Under the pieces are notes generated by a model. That model did no database searches. It was not told where the DNA came from and saw only the letters and a list, made by a program, of their open reading frames with translations. 64,000 nucleotides of DNA from a virus, in the IMG/VR virus record IMGVR_UViG_3300032050_000061, positions 24,193-88,192 of that record; one strand, written 5' to 3'. This document shows positions 40,160 to 50,679 of the stretch, one piece after another (within the stretch, counting starts at the first letter, position 1; each line of letters opens with the position of its first letter). Made by a program: the position numbers and the translations under genes.

Positions 40160-41461
40160 TTAATTATCCAATTGTTTCCAAATACTTCCATTCCAACCAT
40201 AGAAATGAAAATCAGTTGTGTTAAAATATAACGAACCCGATTGAGGTGATAATGGAGCCGATGAATGATTTGGTAAAGTTATCATCGAACCATTTCCATT
40301 AAAATTTAATGAACCTGTTATTGAATAAGAACCTGTTAATTGTTTAGAGTTTTTCCAAAGACTTCCACTTTTTACTAATAAATCACCATACGATGCATCA
40401 GTAGAAGTATCTATTACATTATGCAATTCTTCTAGTTCCGCACCATTATCTACTCTAACATATATTGAACCATTGTTTTGTTGCACTCTTAATACCTCAC
40501 CTAATCTTACACTATGAAATGATGGTGTTGGAACAGTTGTTGTAAAAGCTCCATTTGCTCCTAAATAAATAAGTTGACCGGCAGTCATTCCTTGAGTATC
40601 AACTCCTACTAATATACCTTCGGTAATTATCATTCCAAATGCATTATTTGCAATAGTTTCAGTAGCTATTCCTAAAGTATTAGCAGAGGTTAATTCACTA
40701 TTCCAACTAGCAGTTACAATTAATGGATTATCGCCAACTGAACCTGTAATTCTAACTACCATTCCTTTATCAATTTGATATCCAGATGAGTTTTTACAAT
40801 AAACATCCGTTTGAGTAGTTCTAAATGAAAATGATGATGTAGGAACTTGTTGAGATGCACTATATGCCTCTAAAACATCTAATCGAGTATCTAATGATCC
40901 AGATGTTGTTATATATGATGAAGTAAATGTGTTAAAAGATGAAGTTTGTAAAAATCCTAAATTGACTATTTGTATAGAACCTGATACTACCCCTCCTGCT
41001 CCTCCTAAATCATTAATTCTACTATCTACCGAAGAACTGAAATTCATTACGTTTCCAATTCCTACTATACTTCCACTATATCCATTAGATGTAAATAATC
41101 CAACTAACGCATCATTTGCTACAATATATACACCATTGTTTGTTGGTAATAATTGAGATGCGCCGGTGCTGTTTGCAATCCAAGTTATTTCTCCTACCGG
41201 TGTTCCTACTAAAGGTTCGTTTTGGAAATCTAAAATATAAACTTGTGAACCCGTTTGATGGTCATTTATTGCATTGAAATCGGGTATATTGTAATCATAC
41301 CCATTATCAGGCAAACCATCATCAAATGCTATATTAGTTAATTCACTACCATCTCCTTTGAAAGCTCCGGTAAAAAATGATGCGGTTATATTATAATCTA
41401 CTTCTAAATTACTAAGGGATGCATCCGAACCACTTACAATGACTTTTTTCCAATTTGGCAT
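40160..41461 (-). CDS. Virion structural / fibre-associated protein
   Basis: N-terminus MPNWKKVIVSGS is shared with 41952-42977; SGS-rich; C-terminal GSLYFNTTD...WKQL. Confidence 0.7.
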   Translation of the reverse strand: MPNWKKVIVSGSDASLSNLEVDYNITASFFTGAFKGDGSELTNIAFDDGLPDNGYDYNIPDFNAINDHQTGSQVYILDFQNEPLVGTPVGEITWIANSTGASQLLPTNNGVYIVANDALVGLFTSNGYSGSIVGIGNVMNFSSSVDSRINDLGGAGGVVSGSIQIVNLGFLQTSSFNTFTSSYITTSGSLDTRLDVLEAYSASQQVPTSSFSFRTTQTDVYCKNSSGYQIDKGMVVRITGSVGDNPLIVTASWNSELTSANTLGIATETIANNAFGMIITEGILVGVDTQGMTAGQLIYLGANGAFTTTVPTPSFHSVRLGEVLRVQQNNGSIYVRVDNGAELEELHNVIDTSTDASYGDLLVKSGSLWKNSKQLTGSYSITGSLNFNGNGSMITLPNHSSAPLSPQSGSLYFNTTDFHFYGWNGSIWKQLDN

Positions 41462-41630
41462 TTAATACTACAATTTGAGATTAGTATCGTTGGAAAAAAA
41501 GGGTTGGATAGAATATAAGAATGACACACTATGGTGAGTACCCATTATGAGTCTTTTTAAATAAATCTTCTTCTATCGCGGTTGGTTACAATCTTTACGA
41601 ATGCCCACTTCCCTTTCGGGCCAACAATAT
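41462..41630 (-). ncRNA. Candidate structured RNA leader
   Basis: GTTGG/CCAAC stem enclosing CCC-GAAA-GGG; further stems GATAGAA/TTCTATC and ATACTA/TAGTAT. Confidence 0.5.
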
Positions 41631-41663
41631 CAACAATAAATATTATAATTATTTTTATTAGAT

Positions 41664-41695
41664 AAAAAAAAACAATAACCTTTTGGTTATTGTTT
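41664..41695 (-). terminator. Intrinsic terminator
   Basis: AAACAATAACC-N4-GGTTATTGTTT hairpin with a long U-tract on the minus strand. Confidence 0.8.
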
Positions 41696-41932
41696 CTTCT
41701 CTAAATATCTCTTTTGTAATTTAAGAATAATACTGTAAATAATTTCTAATTCAGTACCCTTAAATGTTGAGTTTTTAATTAAACTGAAGAGATACTCAAA
41801 CTCTTCTATTGTTAAATCTACTCCACCACTTTGTTTCGGTTTCTTCGGTTCAACAACTTGTTCTTCTTGTAATCCTTCCTTATTATCTAATTCCGAAGGA
41901 GTAACCTTTTGGTTTTTTGTAAAAATTCCCAT
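41687..41932 (-). CDS. Small hypothetical protein
   Basis: 81-aa ORF within the fibre operon. Confidence 0.75.
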   Translation of the reverse strand: MGIFTKNQKVTPSELDNKEGLQEEQVVEPKKPKQSGGVDLTIEEFEYLFSLIKNSTFKGTELEIIYSIILKLQKRYLEKKQ

Positions 41933-41951
41933 AACCTAATTTGTATTATTA

Positions 41952-42977
41952 TTAAACGTATATATAAATTTCTCCACTTTCAACTCTTATGTTTCCAACT
42001 TTTTGGTATGCTGCTATATCCGATGTAATTACAGATGCTACGAATGCATCGGGTACAAATGATGTTGAATTATGTTCTAATGAACCAGTGAAACCCCATC
42101 TTAATGTTGCTGAATCAAATGCGTAAGCAGAACCACTTCCGCCTCCCATATCAACTACTAAACCGGCTTCATCAGGATCAGTTGAACCACTATTTAGGAG
42201 TATAAATTTATCTTCTACTGCTAAATTGGTAACATTCAAATAAGTTAAATCACCTGTTACAGTTAAATCTCCACTAACACTTAAGTTACCTGGCATACTT
42301 ACATTTGCCCCACTTAATGTGATTGCAGTTGCATCAGTACTAGATTTAATATCATTCCCACCTACGGTTAAATCACCAACAACTTTTACATTTTCACCAT
42401 CTAATGTTAATGCAGTTGCGGTTGATGAACTAATATCATTACCATTTACTTTTATATCCCCCGCAAAAGTAGTTAAAGTATTAGCAGTTAGAGTAATGTT
42501 TGTAGCACCAGTTGATGATTTGATATCATTTCCTGTTACAGTTAAATCACCTCTAACTTCAACATTAGTACCGGTTAATTCTATCGCGGTATCAGTTGAT
42601 GAACTAATAGTATTACCACCAATTGTAATATCACCGGTGATTGAAGGATTATCAACTAAACCAATTGTTAGGGTTTGTCCACTAATTGTAGTATTAATTT
42701 CAGTATTAACACCTTGAACAGTTAAGTTTTGTGTTAATAAATCAACTGAACTAAATGTATTATCTGAACCAGTAATTCCTAAAGTGGTTACTAATCCTGT
42801 CAAACCACTTCCATCACCCTTAAACGAACCGGTAAACGAACCGGATAATTTTGTTGTCGCTTGGTCTACACCTATTTTATTGTATCCATTTGCACCAACA
42901 ACTACTGCTAATGATGCCGATACGGTATTTAGTTCTGCTATCGAACCGGATACTATGACTTTTTTCCAAATTGCCAT
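41952..42977 (-). CDS. Fibre/spike-like structural protein with about four GDLTVxGNDIKSST repeats
   Basis: Internal 28-31 aa repeats; NLAVEDKFILLN motif. Confidence 0.75.
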   Translation of the reverse strand: MAIWKKVIVSGSIAELNTVSASLAVVVGANGYNKIGVDQATTKLSGSFTGSFKGDGSGLTGLVTTLGITGSDNTFSSVDLLTQNLTVQGVNTEINTTISGQTLTIGLVDNPSITGDITIGGNTISSSTDTAIELTGTNVEVRGDLTVTGNDIKSSTGATNITLTANTLTTFAGDIKVNGNDISSSTATALTLDGENVKVVGDLTVGGNDIKSSTDATAITLSGANVSMPGNLSVSGDLTVTGDLTYLNVTNLAVEDKFILLNSGSTDPDEAGLVVDMGGGSGSAYAFDSATLRWGFTGSLEHNSTSFVPDAFVASVITSDIAAYQKVGNIRVESGEIYIYV

Positions 42978-43040
42978 CTTCTTTTATTTACTTTTTATTG
43001 GGGTCTATCGTAACACGTATAAATATATAACATTTTCAAT

Positions 43041-43703
43041 TTAACTAAAACCAAGATAAAATTCGTTTGATGAGGAAAAGAATAGTCCTCCTTCTACGGG
43101 TGGAATTGTATTCTTTTTTTCCAAAATTAAACTTCCACTTAATATAACATCACCATTTTTAAAAATAGTAGTTTGTTTGTTTACATAATCACCAAACGAA
43201 TTTCCAATTACTAATTGTGATTCCGAACTTTGTGATGTGCTTAATTTACTAAATATTAATTCACTTCCGCTTACTACTTGTCCAAATATTAATGATGCAC
43301 TTACCGATCCCGTTACCCAAAGTTTTCCGCTATCATCTAACTTTAATAAATCACTTCCACTATCAAATATTCTGAATGCAGTTGAACCATTACTAACGGA
43401 TGCAGTTACATCACCACTCGCTATTTGATTTAATTGTAATCCAACTATTCCTGCTGCAGGAATATTAACCAATCCACCTCCATTACCAAAGAAACTACCA
43501 CTAAATGAACCCGTATAAGAACCGCTGTAATCTTCTAATATATCTAATCGGGCATTTAAAGATGATGATACGGTATTAAACCCTTCACCTCTAGCTCCCT
43601 GCGGACCGGCTGCAATTACTTTTACTATTCTAGAACCACCAACTGGTTCAGAAATAACTACGGAATTTGCCTCACTATTTATAATTACTTTATTACTAGC
43701 CAT
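43041..43703 (-). CDS. SGS-rich structural protein
   Basis: GPQGARG and YSGSYTGSFSGSF; fibre operon context. Confidence 0.65.
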   Translation of the reverse strand: MASNKVIINSEANSVVISEPVGGSRIVKVIAAGPQGARGEGFNTVSSSLNARLDILEDYSGSYTGSFSGSFFGNGGGLVNIPAAGIVGLQLNQIASGDVTASVSNGSTAFRIFDSGSDLLKLDDSGKLWVTGSVSASLIFGQVVSGSELIFSKLSTSQSSESQLVIGNSFGDYVNKQTTIFKNGDVILSGSLILEKKNTIPPVEGGLFFSSSNEFYLGFS

Positions 43704-43705
43704 TA

Positions 43706-44122
43706 TTAAATTCTAGTTACTTCTTTTTTGTTGGTAATCACACCTTCTAATAATCTGTAAACTTCATCGCCACTATATAATTCTATATCATAATATGCTT
43801 CCTCAAATGTAAAATCAGCAGTTGTATCCGCATTCAAATAAACTCCTATTTGACCTTGTCCGGCTGCCGATGCTGTCCCTTCACTTCCAGTTCCAGCACT
43901 TCCGGTAAACCATAAATAACTTCCTGTTCTTGCAATTGAAGAAGTTATATCAGTTAATGTTGCGTATAAAGTATTTGAATTATCAGCATAATCAGAACGA
44001 ATTTGCATTTTCATATTATATCCCTGCAAATCAATAGCTGATCCAGAAGCATCGGTGTATTCGATAGAAAATCGATAAGTCGCTCCCTGCTCTATTGAAA
44101 ATGAATATTTACCTGCTGCCAT
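43706..44122 (-). CDS. BppU-like / fibre-attachment domain protein
   Basis: IEQGATY...IDLQGY..KMQIR...YYDIEL...RLLEG pattern. Confidence 0.6.
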   Translation of the reverse strand: MAAGKYSFSIEQGATYRFSIEYTDASGSAIDLQGYNMKMQIRSDYADNSNTLYATLTDITSSIARTGSYLWFTGSAGTGSEGTASAAGQGQIGVYLNADTTADFTFEEAYYDIELYSGDEVYRLLEGVITNKKEVTRI

Positions 44123-44188
44123 TTGAATTAATAAATTATTTAGTGTTTAACTAATATAAATATGAGAAAGAGGATATATTAAATATGA

Positions 44189-47100
44189 TTACTCTCCTGC
44201 TTCCAATTTACTAATTCTCTCCTCCAATTTTTCAATTGTATTTTGTTGCTCTTTGATTGCTTCTATTAGGAGTGCAGTAAGTTTATCGTATTTAACAGCC
44301 TTGTATCCACTTTCTCTCGTAGTAACCAATTCTGGTACAACCGCTTCAATTTCTTGTGCGATTACACCTACATCATGCCCTTCGTATCCATGTTCAATAT
44401 TTGGAATCCAATCAAATTCATATCCTCCAATTTGTTTCACTTTTTGGATAGGAGAACCTATTTGAATTATATTAGTTTTAAATCTTTTATCTGATGAAGA
44501 GTATGCAACTATATCATTTGTAGCATCTATTCTTCCTGGAGTAGCAGATGCAGCCATCCCAACACCCAATGAATTAAATCTAACATCGGAAGTAGTTAAT
44601 AGAGATTGATTTATATATGTACCAAATCCTGTGGTAGATGCTAAAGTAATTTGTGATGAACCACTAACCACACTCTCCGCATCTAATCTCGTCTTAATTG
44701 TTGTATTAATAGAAGATGTAAATGAATTTAAACTCGCGGTTGCGGTATTGAGAGCAGAAAGATTTGAATTATTAGATGCCGTATATGCATTTAAACTACT
44801 TGTTGAAGTATGAATTGCATTAATATTTGTTGTATTAGATGCAGTATAAGAATTCAAACTCGCAGTTGTCGAATGAATCGCATTTAAATTTAAGGTAAAT
44901 GATGAAGTAAATGTATTCAAACTTGCAGTAGCAGTATGAATAGCATTTATGTTCAATATATTTGATGAAGTATATGCACTCAAATTACTAATTACACCAT
45001 TGTTTGATGATGTATAAGAATTCAAACTATTCAATGTAGAATTGATTGAATTTATATTAGCTGTATTAGATGCAGTATAAGAATTTAAACTTTCAGTTGT
45101 GGAATAAATTGAGTTAATTTTTCCATCATTAGAAGAAGTATATGAATTTAAAGTTCCTCTTAATGATGTTACATCAGCATCCGATGCAAAAACCGCATCC
45201 AATGATGAAGTAAATGATTCTAATGCATTTAATCTATTATTTTGTGCGGTATTTGTGGAATCATTAGATGCGGTGTAAGAATTTAAACTACTTGTTGCAG
45301 TATAAATTGAACCAATCTTACTATCGTTAGAAGATGTGTATGTGTTCAACGTTCCTCTTAATGAAGTAACATCAGCATCAGTTGCATAAGTTGCATCTAA
45401 TGATGATGTAAATGATTCTAATGCGCTTAACCTACCATCTGCAGATGATGTATATGAATTTACTGAACTAGTGTGGGTGTGTAAAGAGTGAGTATAACTT
45501 TCAAAAGTAAATGCATCTAAAAATCCTGTTCCCGCTACGAAAGTGTTGATTCTAGCATTAAACGATGCGGAAATTTGAGATAATGATGATGTAAGTTGAG
45601 ATGATGATACAAATAAACTTGCAGTTGCAACATTTAAAGAAGCAGTTGTCGCTTCTAACGAAATTAATCTTCCATTATGAGAAGCGGTTGTTGAATTTAC
45701 TGATGATGTAAATGAATGTAAAGAACCGGTATATGTTCCAAATTCTACTTCAGATACAAAAACGGTATCCAAAGATGAACTGAAACTTTCTAAATTACCA
45801 ACTCTTGTGTTAAAAGAAGAACTTGCAACATTGAATGATGAAGTATGTGTATTAAAATCACTTCTAATACTTCCACTTTCAGTTTCTAATGATGTCAATC
45901 TTGTATTCGCAGATGATGTATATGCGTTGTAAGTTGTTCTTACGCTACCGCTTTCAACTTCTAATGAGTTTAACCTACTATTTTGAGTTGTATTAGTAGC
46001 ATCATTTGAAGCAGTATAAGTGTTTAAACTCCCTGTTGAAGTTTCAATTGCATCTAATCTACTATTTTGAGTGGTATTTGTTGTGTTATTAGATGCAGTA
46101 TAAGAATTTATAGAACTACTGTAAGAATGAAAACTTGCACTTTGTATTTCTAAATTTACTCCTCTACTATTAATAGATGAACTAAAAGTATTATACTGTG
46201 TTTCTAAAATTATTCTTTCTTCTGCACCTGCAATACCTGCTATCCAATAATCGTTTGCAGTATCCCAAAGTATAGATCCTGAATTAATTGAACCACCTGA
46301 TGCATCTCTTATAATTAAGCCACCATTTGATGCAGCACTACCATTAAGTGAAATTATATTATCACCGATATCTACTGTTGTAGAATTTACAGTAGTTGTA
46401 ACACCCTTAACTAAAAGGTTTCCTTTAATTGTTACCGCAGAACCAGTTAATTCAATTGCATCTTTTAAAGAAGATGTGTAAGAATTTACAGACGATGTAA
46501 ATGTATTTATTATAGAACCAGTTGCAATAACCGATGCACTAAATGAATTTAGTGATGCGGTTGCAATATGAATACTTTGACTTGCATTATTTAATGGGTC
46601 TAATATACTAATTATTTGAGATGAACCTGATATTACTCCGTTTGTTGAGTGTATAGAAGCAGTTACGCCACCCAATACAATTAGAGAACCTGTGATTTCG
46701 GCATTATCTTTAACAAAAAGATTATTATCAATTGTTAGAGTTGAATCATATAATCGAGTATCCGTATAAATGTATAAGTTCCTATTGAGAAAATTTTCAA
46801 CATTGAATATAGGATAATCTGTACCATTTCGCTTGAAATAAGTATAAATTCCAGCTTCCCAAACCTTTACTTTTAATGAATGTTCATCATTAGTAGAATT
46901 ATTATCATATTTTAATTCTAGATTTACACCATCTGCTTGAGTGTGATCAAAAGTTAAAGAACTGGTTACAGCTCCACTTCCAGTCACAACATTAAATTCA
47001 CCCGCAGATATTGATAAAGATCCTGTAATTTTTTGATTTCCTATAAAATTGTTACTTCCCGTTGTTGCGTATGAACCACTTACACCTTCTATACTATTTA

Positions 47101-47743
47101 ATCTATTATTGACACTTTGTGTATGAGTATTAATTATTGAATTTATAGTATTTTGAGAGGATGTATATGAATTTAAACTTCCACTAGCAGTTTCTAAATT
47201 ATTTAATCTATTATTTTGAGTTGTATTAGTAGCATCATTAGAAGCAGTATATGAATACAAACTCGAAGTTGCTCCATTTAAACTTGCCAATGATGAGGAA
47301 ATATGGGTTACATTTCCTAAATTTTCAATATGAACAATAGATGCACTATTGACAAATAATTTATTCCATTTTTTATTAGAAGCACCAACATCGTAAATAC
47401 TATCTTGATCTGGTGTTAATGAACCGCTTAAAGTTGCAATAAGATTTACAACATCAGATGTTTGGTCACCAATCTTTATATTACCACTAACAAAAACATT
47501 TCCAGCAAAATAAGCGTTAGATGCAGTTAAATCTCCTGTTATGGATAATGAACCCGAGTTTGCCAAAGAACCACTCCATTTAGAAGATGAAGTTTTACCA
47601 GTATTTAATTTAACCAAAGTTATTTCTTCACTACCACTAGCACCAAAAACTATACTTTGGCTATCAGCATTTAAGTATGGTTCTCCATACCCTAGTGTCC
47701 CTTTAGCACTACTACCACCTCTTCTTATTTGGAAAGTTGCCAT
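44189..47743 (-). CDS. Second long tail fibre with C-terminal S74 chaperone (paralog of 36328-40101)
   Basis: N-terminal QIRRG...GEPY; SLNSYTASN repeats; SSDKRFK...YDKLTALLIEAIKE. Confidence 0.9.
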   Translation of the reverse strand: MATFQIRRGGSSAKGTLGYGEPYLNADSQSIVFGASGSEEITLVKLNTGKTSSSKWSGSLANSGSLSITGDLTASNAYFAGNVFVSGNIKIGDQTSDVVNLIATLSGSLTPDQDSIYDVGASNKKWNKLFVNSASIVHIENLGNVTHISSSLASLNGATSSLYSYTASNDATNTTQNNRLNNLETASGSLNSYTSSQNTINSIINTHTQSVNNRLNSIEGVSGSYATTGSNNFIGNQKITGSLSISAGEFNVVTGSGAVTSSLTFDHTQADGVNLELKYDNNSTNDEHSLKVKVWEAGIYTYFKRNGTDYPIFNVENFLNRNLYIYTDTRLYDSTLTIDNNLFVKDNAEITGSLIVLGGVTASIHSTNGVISGSSQIISILDPLNNASQSIHIATASLNSFSASVIATGSIINTFTSSVNSYTSSLKDAIELTGSAVTIKGNLLVKGVTTTVNSTTVDIGDNIISLNGSAASNGGLIIRDASGGSINSGSILWDTANDYWIAGIAGAEERIILETQYNTFSSSINSRGVNLEIQSASFHSYSSSINSYTASNNTTNTTQNSRLDAIETSTGSLNTYTASNDATNTTQNSRLNSLEVESGSVRTTYNAYTSSANTRLTSLETESGSIRSDFNTHTSSFNVASSSFNTRVGNLESFSSSLDTVFVSEVEFGTYTGSLHSFTSSVNSTTASHNGRLISLEATTASLNVATASLFVSSSQLTSSLSQISASFNARINTFVAGTGFLDAFTFESYTHSLHTHTSSVNSYTSSADGRLSALESFTSSLDATYATDADVTSLRGTLNTYTSSNDSKIGSIYTATSSLNSYTASNDSTNTAQNNRLNALESFTSSLDAVFASDADVTSLRGTLNSYTSSNDGKINSIYSTTESLNSYTASNTANINSINSTLNSLNSYTSSNNGVISNLSAYTSSNILNINAIHTATASLNTFTSSFTLNLNAIHSTTASLNSYTASNTTNINAIHTSTSSLNAYTASNNSNLSALNTATASLNSFTSSINTTIKTRLDAESVVSGSSQITLASTTGFGTYINQSLLTTSDVRFNSLGVGMAASATPGRIDATNDIVAYSSSDKRFKTNIIQIGSPIQKVKQIGGYEFDWIPNIEHGYEGHDVGVIAQEIEAVVPELVTTRESGYKAVKYDKLTALLIEAIKEQQNTIEKLEERISKLEAGE

Positions 47744-47798
47744 TTAATATTTTATTGTTGAATTCTTTTATAAATATATAGGTTAAAAAATTGTAGTA

Positions 47799-48647
47799 TT
47801 AAGAATCATATCTCTTATCTTCTTTTTCCAAATCGTTCCCTAAAATCTGATTTCTTTTCGCATCCAATTTATCTTCCAAGTTTGTTGTTAATTTTCCATT
47901 TACATCAGTTCCCAATCCACCATTTAATACAACTTCATTACCAACAACCACTTTTCGTATTGTAAATCCTTTTTGAGTTGTAGGTTGATTTTCAAATCTT
48001 TTTGGTAATAGGTAAGCATTTACACTTAAAGTGCAGGTTGTTCTGATGATTCTTTCTGCCCCTGCACCAACTTCCTGCTGATTATCGAAATTACCTACCA
48101 ATACTCTAAACTTATACTTATCATCTTCACCCCAATACAATTCATTTGCATATTGAAATTGCTCAATAATTTTGTTGTTATGTTCGGTGAACCCTGTCCA
48201 AAATACTACCTCATAAGTAAGTGTAACATAATTCGGCATTCTTACATCATAGGCTTCAAACCTTTTTTTCAAATCCGGATTGAGCAATGAAAATCTATCA
48301 TAAGAATGTTTGTGTGAGTATTTTCTTACGGTTGGGTAGGTTAATTTTTGGTCTCTTAAAAATTTTAATGTTTCGTTGTTTTCGATTGAATTTCTTTTAA
48401 ACATTATAATTGGTAATTGAATTTTACCCAATTTATCTTTTATATACCCATCTTTTTGAGCCGATTTCCATCTTTCCGCATTTCCATAAAGTAGTGGTAC
48501 ATTAATTTGATTACCATTTTGTTCTAATACCGGTATCAAATTTTTTTCCATATAATTGGCAACAATAGTATCGACATCTATTAACGATATTTCTATCATA
48601 CTAGATTCGTTTTGTTTTACTATCTTTGAAAATTCTTTATCTGCCAT
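47799..48647 (-). CDS. Tail terminator / sheath stabiliser (gp15-like)
   Basis: VPLLYGNAERW...LPIIMFKR...PNYVTLTY; follows the neck genes. Confidence 0.7.
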   Translation of the reverse strand: MADKEFSKIVKQNESSMIEISLIDVDTIVANYMEKNLIPVLEQNGNQINVPLLYGNAERWKSAQKDGYIKDKLGKIQLPIIMFKRNSIENNETLKFLRDQKLTYPTVRKYSHKHSYDRFSLLNPDLKKRFEAYDVRMPNYVTLTYEVVFWTGFTEHNNKIIEQFQYANELYWGEDDKYKFRVLVGNFDNQQEVGAGAERIIRTTCTLSVNAYLLPKRFENQPTTQKGFTIRKVVVGNEVVLNGGLGTDVNGKLTTNLEDKLDAKRNQILGNDLEKEDKRYDS

Positions 48648-49102
48648 TATCTAGTTATTTGTTCTAAATTAATAGTTGCATTTCTGCTAATAAATGTTTC
48701 ACATATAACTGAAAACTTATTACCACCCTGTCCACCAATCCACTGATCTTCATTTACATTAAACACTTCATAATACGAACCATCCAAATAAACATAATCA
48801 CCAATTTCAGGATAAAAATCTTTTTCTATTAGAGTATGGCGATTGAATCGGAATCGAGTTGTTCTACTTGCATCCGAACCATATCCTTCATAATTAGCTT
48901 CGGTAGCATCCCTTTCTATAACACTATAAGTTTCCATTCCTTTATAGTATCTTTTGTTTAGAGATTCGCCATAAAGATTATATGAGGTTTCCGTCACATT
49001 TACTTTGAAAAGAGTTACTAATGTTTCTATCACATCATCAACTAATTCCGATGAAATCTGCTCAAAAAATTTTATATCTCTCGCTGAATTAAAACGTGGC
49101 AT
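48647..49102 (-). CDS. Neck / head closure protein (gp14-like)
   Basis: NLYGES and PEIGDYV motifs; synteny. Confidence 0.7.
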   Translation of the reverse strand: MPRFNSARDIKFFEQISSELVDDVIETLVTLFKVNVTETSYNLYGESLNKRYYKGMETYSVIERDATEANYEGYGSDASRTTRFRFNRHTLIEKDFYPEIGDYVYLDGSYYEVFNVNEDQWIGGQGGNKFSVICETFISRNATINLEQITR

Positions 49103-49103
49103 T

Positions 49104-50258
49104 TTATCCTATATAAATTGATAATGGAACTTTTTGTAACATTTCTAATTGTTGTTGAGTTTCAGCTGCTTTATTTTCGAATTGAGTTTTTCTACTTACC
49201 TCTTCCAAATTTTCTCTTAATTGTGTAATTAGATTTTCTTTTTCCGCAGTTGCCTCCGCCCTAAGTTGCGCACCATCTAAAGTGGTTTCTCCACCCGGTA
49301 TAGGAATTGTATTATATTTTTCTCTAATCGCACCCAATAACTCTTTAGAAAGTGCTAATGTATATTTTCGTATCCACTGTCTTCCAACATCATTTATTTT
49401 TCTATAAGGTATAAAACTATATCTAATGTTTGAATAATCTGAAATTACATTTGGTGTAGTTGTTATTGAATTTTTTTCAAATTCTTTTTTAACATAATAC
49501 TCAAAGAAGATTTTATGGTCAGCAGTTGGAACAGGAAAAATTTCTAATTTATTATTTACTATATTAAATGTATGCGCCGATTTTCTTATTTGGTCATTAA
49601 ACTCAATAGCTTGAATTCTTAAAAGGTCTTCATAAAACGGCATCAATACAAATTGAGTTGCAGTTGAAAAAGAACTAAATCCAAATTCTTGTGTAATGTT
49701 TAATGTTCCCATACCACTAATGGAATATGGATCAAAGAATCTTGATAATGCGGGTTTAGGTTCGAAATAAACTTTTGTAATTTCTATTCTACTTCCACTT
49801 TCATGTGTTTCCGCAAATTCTTTTAAGTCGTAGGATTGGGTATTTGCACTTGCGCTAATTGCTCCTCTTTTTATATCGGTTCTACCACCCACACCGGCCA
49901 ATGTTCCATACGCATCACTTACTCTTACTATCGTTGGTATAAATGAACCATCTACCAATTGGCCGGTATAATTTGTTGATGTGCTTTGACCGGCTACAAT
50001 TGATAAGTTATTTCTTATATTAAATTGATTTACCTGCGCAGAGTATTCGGATATACTTTCCTCAAAACACGCATAAAATTGATCATCTATTAATTCAACA
50101 TCTATAATCGGGTATCCCAATCTCCTCGCACACCAAAGTGCCACTTTTGGAGCATCATCTCCAAATATACTATCATCATCATATATTCCAAAAGGTGTTT
50201 GACCACTTTCAAAAGATGATGATCCTGGATAGTTATTTATATTTGAATTTACTGACAT
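49104..50258 (-). CDS. Neck protein (gp13-like)
   Basis: RRLGYPIIDVEL, WIRKYTLALSKELLG and PGGETTLDG. Confidence 0.85.
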   Translation of the reverse strand: MSVNSNINNYPGSSSFESGQTPFGIYDDDSIFGDDAPKVALWCARRLGYPIIDVELIDDQFYACFEESISEYSAQVNQFNIRNNLSIVAGQSTSTNYTGQLVDGSFIPTIVRVSDAYGTLAGVGGRTDIKRGAISASANTQSYDLKEFAETHESGSRIEITKVYFEPKPALSRFFDPYSISGMGTLNITQEFGFSSFSTATQFVLMPFYEDLLRIQAIEFNDQIRKSAHTFNIVNNKLEIFPVPTADHKIFFEYYVKKEFEKNSITTTPNVISDYSNIRYSFIPYRKINDVGRQWIRKYTLALSKELLGAIREKYNTIPIPGGETTLDGAQLRAEATAEKENLITQLRENLEEVSRKTQFENKAAETQQQLEMLQKVPLSIYIG

Positions 50259-50275
50259 CTAATTTATATTTGTGG

Positions 50276-50647
50276 TTATGCTAAATTAACCAATTTATAT
50301 TTTGTTGAATATAACAATTTTGCAATATTATCTAATTCGTTTTGAATCCAACTCTCTTGCAACTCATCTATTTCTCTTTCTCTTTTTAGAATAGATATTA
50401 ACTTATCAAAGTATAAAATTATATTTTCCTTTGTTGCATTATTATCAACTCCATTTACTTGTTTATATTGTATTAAACCAAATTGCCCCTGATACGCTTC
50501 TATTAAACCATCAACAAGTGGAACTATTTGAGTATAATAATCTTCTAATGCCATATGAATTGCTAATGAACCCGGACCTGAAACTCTTGTATGAAATTCA
50601 TGTGCTTGTGTTCTACTGTGTAAAAATATAGAAGCTAAGTTCTCCAT
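50276..50647 (-). CDS. Ferritin/Dps-like four-helix protein (DUF5856-like)
   Basis: QAHEFH...HMALEDYY...DGLIEAYQG...STKYKL. Confidence 0.7.
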   Translation of the reverse strand: MENLASIFLHSRTQAHEFHTRVSGPGSLAIHMALEDYYTQIVPLVDGLIEAYQGQFGLIQYKQVNGVDNNATKENIILYFDKLISILKREREIDELQESWIQNELDNIAKLLYSTKYKLVNLA

Positions 50648-50679
50648 TAAGTTTATTATTTAAATTATATCTATAAATA

